Position numbers and translations under genes: made by a program
Shown: piece by piece, positions 12,846 to 25,558 of the stretch
Layout of the letters: each line of letters opens with the position of its first letter
Position numbering within the stretch: the stretch's first letter is position 1
DNA from: Chara braunii
Lineage: Eukaryota; Plantae; Charophyceae
Assembly (NCBI GenBank): GCA_003427395.1
Contig: BFEA01000008.1
Span: 1,655,681-1,719,680 of the forward strand
DNA length: 64,000 bases
Reading direction: 5' to 3'
Notes under the pieces: model-generated
What the model was told of the DNA's origin: nothing
Databases searched by the model: none
What the model saw: the letters and a program-made list of their open reading frames with translations, nothing else

Positions 12846-13469
12846 CTGGCCCCTTTCTTTTCTTTTTTCTCTTTGTTCTTTTCTTTTTTCTTTTCTCTTT
12901 TTTTTTTTCTATATTTTTTTTTCCCCTCAAGGTGCAAGGATATCTAAAAATTATCGGTTTGGAAAACCACAAAAAAAGAGAAAGATCATCTGTTAGATCG
13001 TCTGACATGCTGATTCATGTTAGATGAGATCTGCAGCTCAGAGGATGGCAGACTAGTGGCAACTGACCTACTACCAAGTAATTGGCCAATCGCAGCGGAA
13101 TCCACGAAGTGAAACCATGTCGCTGTACCGAGTTAAAATAAAAAAACAAAATGACGTCTGTAATAAAAAAAAGAAAATGCACATTGCACAAAGGAGGGAG
13201 CCTAAGGTTTCAGACAACATGGGGCCCCAAAGGGCCAAAAAAAATAGAGGCCAAAGGCCCAAACAAAAAAAAGAGGAATTTACAGCAGCAATCTGTAAAC
13301 TGCGGAGTTCGCTCAAAAAAAAAAAAAAAAAAAAAAAAAAAACTGCACAGGAATAGAAAATTTAGCTAGGCTACCAGCCGGCCGCTTGGTCCCGGGTGGC
13401 CAGACCATGCAAGGACCAGAGAAGGTCCCAGCAAAAAAAAAAAACCTCCAAAAAATCCGAACCAAAACT

Positions 13470-13540
13470 ATGTTATGCTCAGTTGGCAAGGCACGCAAGT
13501 GGCATTTAGGAGGTCTTGGGTTCAATCCCCATTGGCCTCA
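13470..13540 (+). pseudogene. Degenerate tRNA-like sequence / tRNA-derived SINE head
   Basis: A-box-like atgctcagttgg and a T-arm tggg-ttcaatc-ccca at tRNA-like spacing. Acceptor and anticodon stems are not intact. Confidence 0.5.
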
Positions 13541-13982
13541 TGTACCTTCCTGGGCAAGCTTGGCGCCCGCCACCTAGAGATATGCCGTTGGTGCCCCGGA
13601 GTGGCATTGAGCAGAGACTGCTAATGTTCATAGGGGCACGGGACCGGAGGGGAGGCACAGTGACTGGCCCCAAAAAAAAAAAAAAAAAGACTCAACAACT
13701 TTTGCCTCAGGGTCATATCAAAATTGTTTACCAAATTTTAACTTTTGTTTTTTTTTGGCCTGGCCGGGCAAGTGACCCCGGGCCACTCTGGTAGCCTAGA
13801 AATTTAGAAGGAAACCGTCGATCATGCTGTCAGAGAAATAATGATATCAGCTTCTACCCTCGTTTCTACAACACCCTGGGCTTCAAAAAAAAAAAAAAAA
13901 CTCTGCCCATGTGGCTAAGTGGTAGACCCATCATGCAACTCAGCGGCAACTGTCTACAAACAGACCTGAGTACAGACTCCAG

Positions 13983-14077
13983 GGGCCAAGTCCCACTTAT
14001 GCGGATTCTTCATTTCTGGCCGTCGATCTTCGGAATTTACTGTCAGAAGCTGAGAATTGGGGTAAGTGGGACTTGGT
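13983..14077. mobile_element. ~95-bp Harbinger-like mini-MITE
   Basis: ccaagtcccactta / taagtgggacttgg inverted ends with CAG on both sides. Confidence 0.6.
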
Positions 14078-15891
14078 CAGAATCAGATGAATGCAATAGC
14101 TCTGGGGCGGTCGGGAAAAAACAAAAAAGAAGAAGGTATGATAAGGAAATTGAAACAAGGTTGTGTTTTTTGTACAGAACGTAAGTTGTCAGAATAGGCA
14201 TTAAGACCTCTATCCTGGTGGTGGTAAGAGAACCACCAGGATTGAGGATTTGCCTAGCGGGCCGCTCCATCTATTGGTGCGGAGCAGCACCTGCTGGAAA
14301 CCGGGTCCAGCGTCCCATAAGTACGTGGCATACTGTGGGCAGTATGCTAAGGATCTGTGGCTACCTGTATTAAAGCACCAGTACACCACATATAGGCCCG
14401 CGGGTGTCAGCACGAAATCCGCACCACTTCGGAGGCCGCCGATTTTGTTTTCCAACGGCACCCCAGGCCGGGCGGCGTGCTTGTCGTGACAAAAACTTTC
14501 TGCAAGGCTGGGGCCGTGTACTGGCGGTTTAAGGGAAACGGAAATAGGGCGCCGTTGGACACTCCTTTTGAAATCCTCTGGCAGTAGGAAAGATTCCTAA
14601 TGGTTCAAAAGGAAATTTGGGCCGTCGTTCCACCTGTCCTCGGGGACGTCACCCGAGGACAGTCCCTAAGAGCGATGTCAGAAAAGGAAAAGAAAAGAAA
14701 AAAAAAGAACAGTTGTGCTTCAGGCCTTCAGGCTTCAGCCAATACGGTGCCTGCGCCATCCAGATTCTCGGCTGTAACGTCTCTCTACGCTTGTGCCCCC
14801 TTTTTTTTTTTCTTTTTTTTTTTTTTAACCCTTTCATAAGCCCTCTATCCCGGCAGTGGTGAGAGAACCACCTCCATCTATTGGTGGGGAGCTGCACCTG
14901 CTGGAAACCGGGCCCAGCGTCCCATTGAACATCTTGTAGCTCAGAAATTTGTTGTTTGTTTTCTGGGCTATGGGTTTTTCCCATTCTCAACCAGAGGCTC
15001 CATTTCCCTTGGAGCTGCATTTCTCCCTCCCATGTCGGAGCACCCCTATTTCTATCAGCCCCAGCCATGTTGTGCAGGCCCCATTAATTGTTTGTGAGTG
15101 AGGTTTTTTTTTGAGCCTGTTTAAACACAAAATCCCCTCAAAACCCTTTCTCCCCCACCCCTCCTAAATCCCCCCCCCTTCCCCCCCGGAATCTTTGTTC
15201 ACCTCGCGTATGATCTACATCATTTCCCATTTGGAAAGAGCTGCTTGTACGAGGGTGGAAACACCTTCGTTTTTTAACCTCCCGAGTAAACCTGTGTGCC
15301 CGCGGACCATTCTCTCTTCCCCCATCTGTTACCTGAATTGCTCTCCTGTTCATGTGAGCCTCCATTCTGAACCCTGTCCTCCAGACGTAGGGGTCTGGCA
15401 TGTTCCGTCTCCTCTCCGTGAAACGCGGATTCCTTGTGCCCAGGGGACCTCGGGAGGTCCCTTGGGCAATAGGAAGAAATGGCTGGGGAAAGTCCTATTG
15501 CCCGAGTAATTTCTTTACGAGTGTTTTGACTTTATTTTTTTCAATTGCATCCCTGAGGATAGGTGGAACGAACAATTCCTTGGGAATTTTGCGTCACCGA
15601 GGAGTGTCGAATGAGCCCCATAGATTCTGAGAATTTCACTTCTCCTAGCAACTGAGCAAATGACCCACTGTTGACTCAGCCGCAGATCCCAGTTTATGTT
15701 TGATCCCCAGGTCATGCTGGCAAACATACCTATGATAGCTTCCTTTCCCCAACCCCCACCCTCCACTTCCTATTTTATTATTGTGTTGTGGAGTTTGTGT
15801 ATCATAATGCCGCTGAACAGTGTGCCGGGTCCCTTGGTCGGTTATCCTGTTCGGCCTTCCATTCCTCCGTGATGTTCCAAAGTCGTCGTTT

Positions 15892-16127
15892 TTTTTTTGT
15901 TTTGTTTTTTTAACCAAAGCTCCATCTATTGGTGGGGAGCAAACACCTGCTGGAAACCGGGTCCAGCGTCCCATAGATACAACCATATCCTCACAAATTG
16001 GCACAAACTGGGAACTGGGCCCAGCGTCCCATAACGAGTACGTTCAGAAAACACGTCAGTGAAAATGAGGCTAGTAACCTACTAGAAAAATCCAATTGGC
16101 CGAAGAATGGAAATTGAAAATTGAGGT
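15892..16127 (-). mobile_element. Short retroposed LINE 3' end with poly(A) tail and 13-bp TSD
   Basis: aaagtcgtcgttt at 15879-15891 and 16128-16140, T-run tail on the + strand, module at 15919-15972 and a partial second module at 16008-16030. Confidence 0.85.
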
Positions 16128-17458
16128 AAAGTCGTCGTTTGTATCTTTTTTTCTGATTTTTTTTTTCATTTTTCTTGTGAACGAAGGTTGGAGATCAGAA
16201 CGCCTGGTAGCTCCAGCTTTGGCATGGATAGCAATATTACCGGTTGGCCAAGGGTCGGACTCGATAGTTGGGCGAAGTACTGGTGGACCAGTGGTGGTTT
16301 AAAAAAATAGCGGTTGGTGTGGGATAAAATCTCTGAGAGGTTGACAATAGCTGCTGGTGGTTTAAAATCTCTGAGGTGAGGTCAATAGCAGTTGTTGGTT
16401 TGAAGTTTCTGAGGGGCTGACAAGTGACATATTAGGGGGCACTGCCAGATGTTTTAATCAGCAATGGGAGGTGAGGGGTGAGATGGACGGAACAGGAAGA
16501 GTGGAACCACCAGTGCACCCGGGCATGGCGGCCTTCCACTGCATGCCAAGCTTTACCGAACCGCCAGTGGTGCACTTGTTTTCTCTTAGACTAAGACTTT
16601 TGGCTGGCTCTCTCGTGACCCGGTAGCCCCCAGGCCCCAAAATATGATGAAACATTTCTCCACAAGGCTGGGGCTGTGTACTGGTGGTGGAGTACTCCAA
16701 AGGGGCTTGGGAATTAAGGAAGGGATTCAGCATAAATGGAAAAGCATAGCGACAGGAAAAGAATGAGGAAGGGATGTCCCCGATCTAAGGACTGTTCCTG
16801 GGGCAGGGTCATGCCCATTGCCCACACACAGTGAGGCGTGTTAGATGGGGAGCTCTTTCTTGCGAAAGCAAAAACGGGGTCCGGAAGTGTTATCCAATGC
16901 TGGGGCCTCAGACCTGGACAGGCAACGCGGAAGTGCTATCCACTGCACACGAACCTGGTCAAATCAGGGAAACAGTCGCACGAGAAGCTAGCCTTTGCCT
17001 CAGACCCGGACAGGCGACAACACCTGAAAAATGAATTCACCCTCTAAGACTTGTGGATAGATCCTGGGCCCATAGGCGGACATGTGATCTCACAAGCCAC
17101 CATGACGGTAGGGTGGTCTGGAAGAACTGGCTAACCCAGGAGGCCCAAAGGCCAACGAGGTCTGATGATGCACGCCTAAGGCGTAATCACGCCCCCTCCT
17201 GGTCATCAACCCCTTGCGGTCGCCGACTTCCAGTCTTCCAGGGCCAACCTACCCTCCCGTCCTCCATACACCACTCACAGTCACCGACATCAGTGGACCC
17301 CCGCTTACCCTCAGCATCACCTCCTCTAATGCCCCCCCCCCTCCCTTGGCAACTCCACCCTCGCGGGCATGTGACAATCTCTTTTCATGATGAGTGCCAT
17401 CTTCTGCGCAATGGTACTCGGGGGGTTGTAGGGGGGTGGACAAGAAGGGGCCGGGCTC

Positions 17459-18130
17459 TTTTTTTTGTTTTTTTTTTTTCCCCTCCAGTGCTAGCGATGC
17501 TGTTTAGCACCTGGGGAGAGACTCCATCTATTGGTGGGGAGCATCACCTGCTGGAAAACGTGTCCAGCGTCCCTTACACAGATTGATACAGTATGATGCA
17601 TAGAAGGAAAATTGGATGGTTTCTGGAGGGTGCCTGCCAGCATTGATTGCTCTGGAATCAGAGGATTGACTGAGCAGATGTCTGTGCATTGTTAGATTGT
17701 GATTTGGCGGTTTGGGAGGGGGGGAGCTAGCATGCGGGGCCAGTACCAGGGTGAAGAGTCCCCTCCCGATTCCCAACCACCTCCTTTCCATTCCCACCTG
17801 CTCAATTTCAGTCCTTTTTCACTCAGCCTAGCCATTTCAGTCTGTCTTTGTCGTCTGTTTTTCTGCTTTTTAGCTAAGCCTTGTGTTTCAGTCATTTTGG
17901 GCTGTAGGCAGTTTTAGTCTGGGTGTGTCATTCAGCCTCAGTCTGTTTCTTTATTCCATTTTGCTTCAAATTCGCTACCAGGATGGGTGTATGGCATCAG
18001 GGCAGGACCGATGGAGGTCAGTGTTGAAGGGTAGGTGTGTTTGGGGGATGGCAGGGAGGTAGGAATACCCACTGGTGCCCCCCAGTGGCTCCTCCCGGTA
18101 CCCTGACCAGGCACAGGGTTGAAGAGGGAG
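17459..18130 (-). mobile_element. 5'-truncated, 5'-inverted LINE 3' end with 16-bp TSD
   Basis: agaagggg(c/g)cgggctc at 17443-17458 and 18131-18146, T-run tail, module at 17522-17573. 18066-18130 is the reverse complement of the LINE 3' UTR at ~18815-18878. Confidence 0.75.
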
Positions 18131-18943
18131 AGAAGGGGGCGGGCTCAATTACATCAATGCCCCCGTTCTTTCGGGAAAGCTGGGTCCATGATGGTTGGCA
18201 GGACGCGCCATAGCGAGCGTGGAAAATAACGGTTTTTGCAGCTTCTTTCTTTCTTTTTTTTTATGACGGAACTGGGTGGGGAATTTTTGGTGCGGTTGCC
18301 GAGCAGGAAATCTTTTTGAAAATTTTCTCGAATTTTGAACTTTAAAAAAAAAAGAAAAAAGAAAAAAAGAAACACCCCCACCGGTGATAGTGGTGCTGAT
18401 AAGAGCAGACACCACTACCACCAGGGGAGAGGCTCCATCTATTGGTGGGGAGCATCACCTGCTGGAAAACGGGTCCAGCGTCCCATGTACAGAATGTAAT
18501 CACAGAATATCAGGAAAAACCATGTGGGGGAACCCTGCCAGCATTGATTGCCCTGAAATACAGGGGATTGACTGAGCAGAACTTAGAAAATGAAACTTCG
18601 AAAAATAACTGGAAAAAGGACTGGAAAAAGCTGGGAAAAAACCTGCTCTGACTGTAACATCAAACCAGCTGTCCTTAATCTGCAGACACCCTGGGCCGAG
18701 CATCTCCCAGCCCATTTTTGCTGGGAACAGCTACCCTTATGCAAGAAGTACCAAGATGCTGTGACCGGATGGCCCCTGCCAGCATTGATTGCTCTGGAAC
18801 CCAGCTGGTTCTCTTCTCCTTCAACACTTTTTTCTGCTCAGGATACTGGGAGGAGCCACTGGGGGGGCACCAGTGGGGCCTCCTTCCGTCAGCCTTGGGC
18901 AGGAAAAACCAAGTAAGAGCAGAACGGGTTATGAAGGGCTGTG

Positions 18944-21900
18944 TCATAGACGCATTTCCAAGGACCATGGGGGTGGGGGAAATGGGTCCGGGAATTCTTC
19001 TGTGGGCCTCATGGGAACACTCGAATCTATCCGCAGCCATTCTTTGAATCTCAGACGGTAGTCTCTTGGGACTTCTTCTCTCTGGCTGTCCTCCCTTCCT
19101 TCCTGACCTTCCCAATCACCCAACCAGCACACGTCCGCTACCCTTCCTTCTCTGGAGAACTGTAATAGTCGTTCCCTAACGTCATTGGCGCTATGGAAGT
19201 TGTCGAGCGATTGCGTAGTTGATTTCCACCTATAGGAGAGCTCCAGTTGGAAGTGCATTTTGAATTGTTCAACTCTCTCTTCCCCTTCTACCCGTACCTG
19301 ATCCAAAGTTAGGACATAGCGCTGCCACCACAACACCCACAAGATCGTTCTTCGGGATAAATGAAACATGTTAGACACGAAAGTGCTGTCTTGGAAGGGT
19401 GGGTAGTATCCCATCAGGATGGCCCGCCAATCCCACGACCATGGATGCCCCGGGACCATTTGCCGCCACACCCTATCCCACCACCTCCAGGTCAAAATTG
19501 CTGCTGGACATTGTAGAAAAATGTGTTCAATTGTCTCTGCTCTTTTCCTAGCCGGGAAACCCAACAGGCAGCGGGAGCACCAAGGGAGCGCACGACCGTG
19601 TTGTTCCAGCCGAGAGTAATCAATAAGCCAGTCATTTGTAGGTAAGCATCGGTACAAGATCTGCCACTGCAATGAGATGACTTGTGCTGCCACTGCAATG
19701 AGGTGATTTGTGCAGGTCTGCATTTGTAGGTAAGCATCGGTACAAGATCTGCCACTGCAATGAGGTGATTTGTGCAGGTCTGCACTTAGAATCACGGAAC
19801 CATCGTATTGGTGTGCGGAAGTGTCTTTCTACATTGAGATGCTTCTGCCATCTATCAATCACCGTGTCCTTTAGGCATCGCTTGACTCTGAGCATTTTAT
19901 ACGTCGCTTTCACCGAGAGCCCCGACAATGTTTTAGGCTTAGGCTGTTGCGGGTTTTGCAGTCAGTTAGGGTTCCAAACCCATTCCCACCAATCTATTGG
20001 GAGATTTTCTAAGGCTATCTCAGGGAAAAAGGCCCACCGGCTGTCTCCTTCCCCAACTACCCTGGTTCTGTGTAGTTCCTCCTTCGAAGTCCATTGGAAG
20101 GGGTCTCGGCACCCTACCAGTCCCCCGCTACCTGTTATGTTGTACCACTCAATCAGCGTCTCATCCGACCGTACTAGTTGAACCAGGCCTACCTTGTCTA
20201 ACTTCTCTTCCGTGGACACCCAGTCTCCTTCTTTCAGCACCTGCCCTTTGTGGAGAATGGGTCACCATCCTATCGGGAAAGCCTCTGTTATTTCTTTCAA
20301 AGTCGCCCCAACATTGTGGCAATATCTCAATTCCTCCTCCAATTTCTCCGGGCCCTTTCAATCTTTCTTCTCCCTGTCCCAAAGGTCTCCCACATGGATC
20401 ACCCCATTCTTCACCGAGTCTTTCCATGGGACCTCGGAACTGCAGAAAATTTGACCCCGTTCGTTAGTAATCCAACGGTTACCAAAGAGATGTTGTCTTG
20501 CCACCTCCTCCCACCTGTCTGGGGGTGGGCGAGTCGGGGGAGGAAGCCTCCGCCAGATGTTTAACATGAGGGGACAGAAGTCATCCCTCCGCCCCTCCCC
20601 CCCCCGGGGCCGTCGTGACACTCTCCAATAGCGATCTTCTATCCATCGGGGAGGGTGAATGGATTGAGGGGCTGCAGGGGCCAGACGGACGATTTGTGTC
20701 AGCGCCAACGACCTCCATACTAATGGGTTTTCGAAAATCAGTCGTACCACCCATTGTTGACTAAGGGCTTGGGATTGTATGAAGGGTCAAGAATACCAAG
20801 GCCTTCTTTTGTTTTGGGTTTCACAAGTGAATCCCAAGCCACCCGGCTGATAACATGGGGGTTTTCACCGTCCCCTCTCCATAGGTACGCCGCCACCTTC
20901 CTTTTCAAGATCTTCAGGGCCCCTGGGCTCAGTGGTCGAAGTACCGTTTTGTACCATAGGGTGGCTAGGACCACATTGTTAATCACCAACGCTCATCCGA
21001 AAAGTGGCGTGTGTTGATAGTTCCATTGAGAAAGTTTGGCGAACACATTTGTCATTCTCATGGGATTGACCTAGCGTTGTCATATTGACCCCCGAAATCC
21101 GGATTGGGGATTTCTGAGCCACCCAAGTGATGTGGTGTCCTTCCGGAGGACGTCCCCCTTGATGGTGAAGCCACCATCCTATCGTTTTTTGCCCCCAGTT
21201 AACGACCATATCCGAGAGGTTGCAAAAAAGGTCCATTAATCTGTATATCACCTCAATGTTTTGTGGCGTGGCATCAACCATAATTGTGAGGTCGTCAGCA
21301 AAAAGCGAACAGACCGGAACAACTTCCTTGGGTATATCGGCTATCTGGATTCTCTTTAGGTCTTTGCTCTGTCGGAGTTGAGCTGCTAATGCTTGCATTA
21401 TGATTATGAAAATAAAAGAGGCTATGGGGTCCCCTTGTCTAACAGAGAGTTGCAATCTAATCTCTGGGGCCATAGACCTATCGATTTGAACCCTTGTGGT
21501 TGCGTTACGGTGCAGAATGCGTATCCACCTTCGGAAGTTATTACCGAAGTTCAGTTTTCTTAGACATTTATCAAGTAATGTCCGGTCTACGTCGTCATAA
21601 GCTTTTTCGAAGTCAATAGAGATGAGAGCAGCGTTGCTATTTGACTGATGCGACAAGCTAATCACCTCATTGACTAGGAGTATATTATCTTGGATGTTCC
21701 TTATGCATGAACCTGGTCTGGGCAGGATGAATGATGTCGTCCATTACGGTAACCTCACTCGTTCGGTTGGCCAACGTTTTGGACAACATCTTATAAATAA
21801 CCGTCAATAGCGTGATAAGCCGATAGTTGCGAATATTCATTTTGTCTCCTTTTTTATAGAGTAACGTTAGCACTCCTTGACCAACTAGTTCCTCCATTTC

Positions 21901-23534
21901 TCTAGAATCTCATAATGCCCTGTAGAATTTCATCAGGTCATCGCTCAAGAGAGGCCACAAGGCCTCCAAAAATTCCTTAGGGAAGCCACATAAACCTGGG
22001 GTCTTTTCTTCCTCCATTTGCATAAGCGCCGTCCAAATTTCGTCTTAGGTGACCTGGCGGTCCAAATGGTCCTTCTGTATCGAGGAAAGACGACTCTCCA
22101 TCGGACGTAGGAAGTCCTCCAGTTCCTTTAATCGGTATGTCCCCTGCTCTTGGGAGATCTGGGAGGAGAAAAAGTCTTTGTAAAAGGATCAGACGATCCT
22201 TACACAGTGTGCTATGGTGGTAGCCAATTCTTCGGATACAGGGCCCAAAATGGCTTCGATGGTGGTGCGGTGTGCTCTTAAGGAAGCCAGACTAAAAAAA
22301 TGAGAGTCTATGGTCTCATCGATGGACCATTTCATCAATTTGCCTCGAATCCTAATACCTTGCCATCTGTGTTGTGCTAGTTGTGAAAATTGGTCCTGCA
22401 AATCCTGGATATCGTGGATGTGATCATTAGAGTTGTCCTGATTAACCAGGTTGTGGAGTCTTCTGTGAACATCAATTTCATGTGCGTGACGTCTGCTTGC
22501 TAACAACTTCGAATATTCCTTACATTTCCTGACTAAAAAGAAGAGATCGTTGGTGAACCATTGGGTTTCTGAGTCAAGGGAGTGTTTCTGGTTTCTCCAA
22601 AAATTCCAGACATCGCGAATATATGTGAGGAATGACTTGTCCTTAAGCAAGGATGTATTGAGTTTGTAATAACTGGGTCCTTGATCCGATCGTTTGCGGA
22701 AGGAGAAGAGTCAGAAGACAGCTCCGCAAAGGCGGTGGTCCAGGCCCGGGTGAGGGCTTTGAGGGAAGATAGTAGCGAGTTGCAGGGCGTTTTGAATTTC
22801 CTGCGAGAGTAAGATTAGGTCGATACGTGTTTTTGAATGTCTAGCCTGATCATTAGTGCGGTAGCACGTATAAGTTTTATCTGTCGGATGTAAGAGTCTA
22901 TACGCATCCACCAGCAACAAGGATTCACAAAGATCTGACAATATTCTCTCATCCTCCTCAACGTAGCCCGGACAAGGGTCCTGTGAGCCCCATTTGTCCA
23001 TCCATCTATCTGGAGCAGCGTTAATGTCTCCGATAATAACCAGAGGGACTCCTTGAGGTGCTAGAGCTTGAAGATAGGTGAAGAAGTGTCCCTTATCTGT
23101 TGCAGTTTTAGGGGCGTATATGCAAAAAATGCTGATTAATTCAATCTCCAGCATCCCAGGATCGATACCCATCTCCCCTGTTCCTCATCCGCTACCCAAT
23201 TGATCACCTCTATCCGGGATCCTGGCGGGATCCTGATGGTTACCCCTGCCGACCCTGGTGAGATCGCATGCGCTCTGTAGGCTTGATACGGCCAAACAGT
23301 TTTGTGGGCCCGATGGTGCTCTGGTTTATCCATTAGATGGGTTTCCTGTATGCAAATGACGTGGGACCACGTCTTGCCGCCCACGCCCTTCAACTGATCC
23401 CAGATTGCTTATCTTTTCGAAGGGTTGAAGGAGGCCAATTCGTTTACATTGAGGGTCCTTATCTCTAGGTCTGCATAACGGAGACAGTGTTTCCAATGCG
23501 GGTTCCTGCAGTATAATGTGTCTATATCATCCAT
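18944..23534 (-). pseudogene. LINE ORF2 (APE endonuclease, RT, CCHC zinc finger), frameshifted
   Basis: TLNVN, ICIQETH, IGDINA, RIDLIL, LDH, IDFEKAYD, VRQGDP, LFADD and CSRC..ETIEHIFLQC. An internal tandem duplication lies at ~19633-19783. Confidence 0.92.
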
Positions 23535-23566
23535 CCGGTATTGACCTATCCACTGCTACCCCTGTC

Positions 23567-25558
23567 CTAAACTTTAGTCCATGGTCTGGCAGACCAGTCC
23601 ACAGTACACAACAACCCGTGTTGGAGGACCCTCGATAAACGCGTGCCCAAGTCCTCCTCCGTCCAATATGAATTGGCCTTCACTCGGTGGAAGGGAAGTC
23701 TCATCAAGGCCCCATGATTGAACCACTTCAAATCGGAGTCTTTGTCTTCTTCGAAGAGCTTATACATGTCTCTGGTGGCTACCCTCATCAATCCGTCGAA
23801 TTGGGGGAGGGTCGCAATGACTCCGACAGGGTAGTGTTGGTGCAAAAAAGGATCCACCTTTTTCTTGAAGTCACTGTCTTGCAGGCTAGGGAGGGACCAG
23901 ATGTTGTAAAAGACCCACCCTGGCAGTGTGAACCCCCCTTGTAGTGGAGGGAGGCCAATCTTCATCCTATCATCTGCATACCTTAGGGGTATAACAACCA
24001 CCCCATCCTTCTTCAACAGGTTTTTTTCATACTGACCTATTTCCACCATATGTCTAAACTTTCTGTGGCGTGGCTGGTCCGGGTGGTGATCAGTCGGGAC
24101 TATAGCTTGGTTCCCCCTAGGATCTTCCGGGGGTGGTTGGGGTGGTTGGGGCTGCACGGAGGGGTGAAACAACTGGGCTGTAAGATGGCGAATCCGTTGG
24201 AAAATCTCAGACCAAGTGATATGTGGAGGAGGGCCAAATTCCAGGGCTTTCCGCAAGGTCGGGCTTTTGTCTATTATAGTAAATAGTTGGGCATAGGAGC
24301 AGTCCCAGAAATCTTGTGCCGCGCCCAGGTGTTGAGCTCGGAAGCCCTCGATCAGCCAATCGGCAATGACTCTGAGTTTCTCTTCCGTGTCCATATCCGC
24401 TGGTGGTGCCCCCGTGTCCTCCTGATGGTCAATTTCCATCGCAACCACATCTGGGGAGGGGGGAAGGAAGCTGGAGGATCCTCTATTTCCATAGGTTGAG
24501 GACCAAAGGCCTCTTCACGGTAGTCCTCAGCGGCGGCCTCTGTTTGGGCCCCTTGACGTTCTTCGAGGATGGTAGTCATTTGTTCCTTGTCTTCCTTGTT
24601 TTTTTCAGTTCCCCTCTCATTTCCTACTTTATCGGCTTCCCCCGTCCTCTCCTTGTGTGGGGCCGAAGCCTGTTGACTGTCTTTGCCCAAACTGCCATTT
24701 CGTCAAAATGGACATCTTTTATTTTTTTAACGAAATTGAAACCGAGTTTTTTGGCCAAAAACTCGTCAAAATTTGTTGTTCCTGACGGTCCAGCGTTTTA
24801 CAAATGCTGGATCCCCTGGCTGTACATGGACCTAGCTTGAGACCAGGCACCTCCAGGCAGTCCTGCCTGGAGGTGCCTGGTCTCAAGCTAGGTCCATGTA
24901 CAGCTAGGGGGTTCAACGTTTGTAAAACGTTGGACCCTCATGAACAACAAATTTTGACGAGTTTTCAGCCAAAAAACTCGGTTTCAATTTCATTCAAAAA
25001 ATAAAAAAATGTCCATTTTGACGAAATGGTCATTCCCAACGGTTCACTGGAAGGTTTGGCCAGTAGATAGGGCTGTGCAGCTTGTGACCCCTTTTCTGGT
25101 ATCTGGAAATGTGCTGCAGAGATCTTGAAAAAACTTTGGAGCACCTCCTCCCATTGCAAATAGCTCGGGGGGCCTTGCTCTAGGATGAACTTTACTTTTG
25201 TACTGGCTTCAAGAGTTTCCCTCAACTGATCATGTGCACTGGACCAAGACGCTGTTGGGGCTTCTGCGTGGTGTGACTGTAGGCCTGCCATGATCCATTC
25301 GGTGATGTGCAAGGTCGAGAGATTGGGGTTCTGAGCAACTGTGAGATTTGTCGGGTTATTCCTCCCTTCCACACACCTATCAAGCACCTCACCATAAGGG
25401 TCCATGTCCCCCCGATTCAGCCGTGTAACCATGTCATCGAGGAGATAGGCGTATTCGGCCAGGGAGAAGGAAGGGGGAAGGAGGAAAACGAAAACGGAAG
25501 GGGAGTAAAGTTCAGTAAATAAGCCAGATCGGGAAGAAAAGCAGAAGAGTGTCCGCAA
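23567..25558 (-). pseudogene. LINE ORF1, interrupted by a MITE
   Basis: Protein-like ORFs directly upstream of ORF2. The C-terminal part is homologous to 30549-31121. Confidence 0.7.
24693..25032. mobile_element. 340-bp fully palindromic (foldback) MITE
   Basis: Arms pair end-to-end around a 2-nt centre at 24861-24862. Termini tg(a)ccatttcgtcaaaatggaca. Confidence 0.9.
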
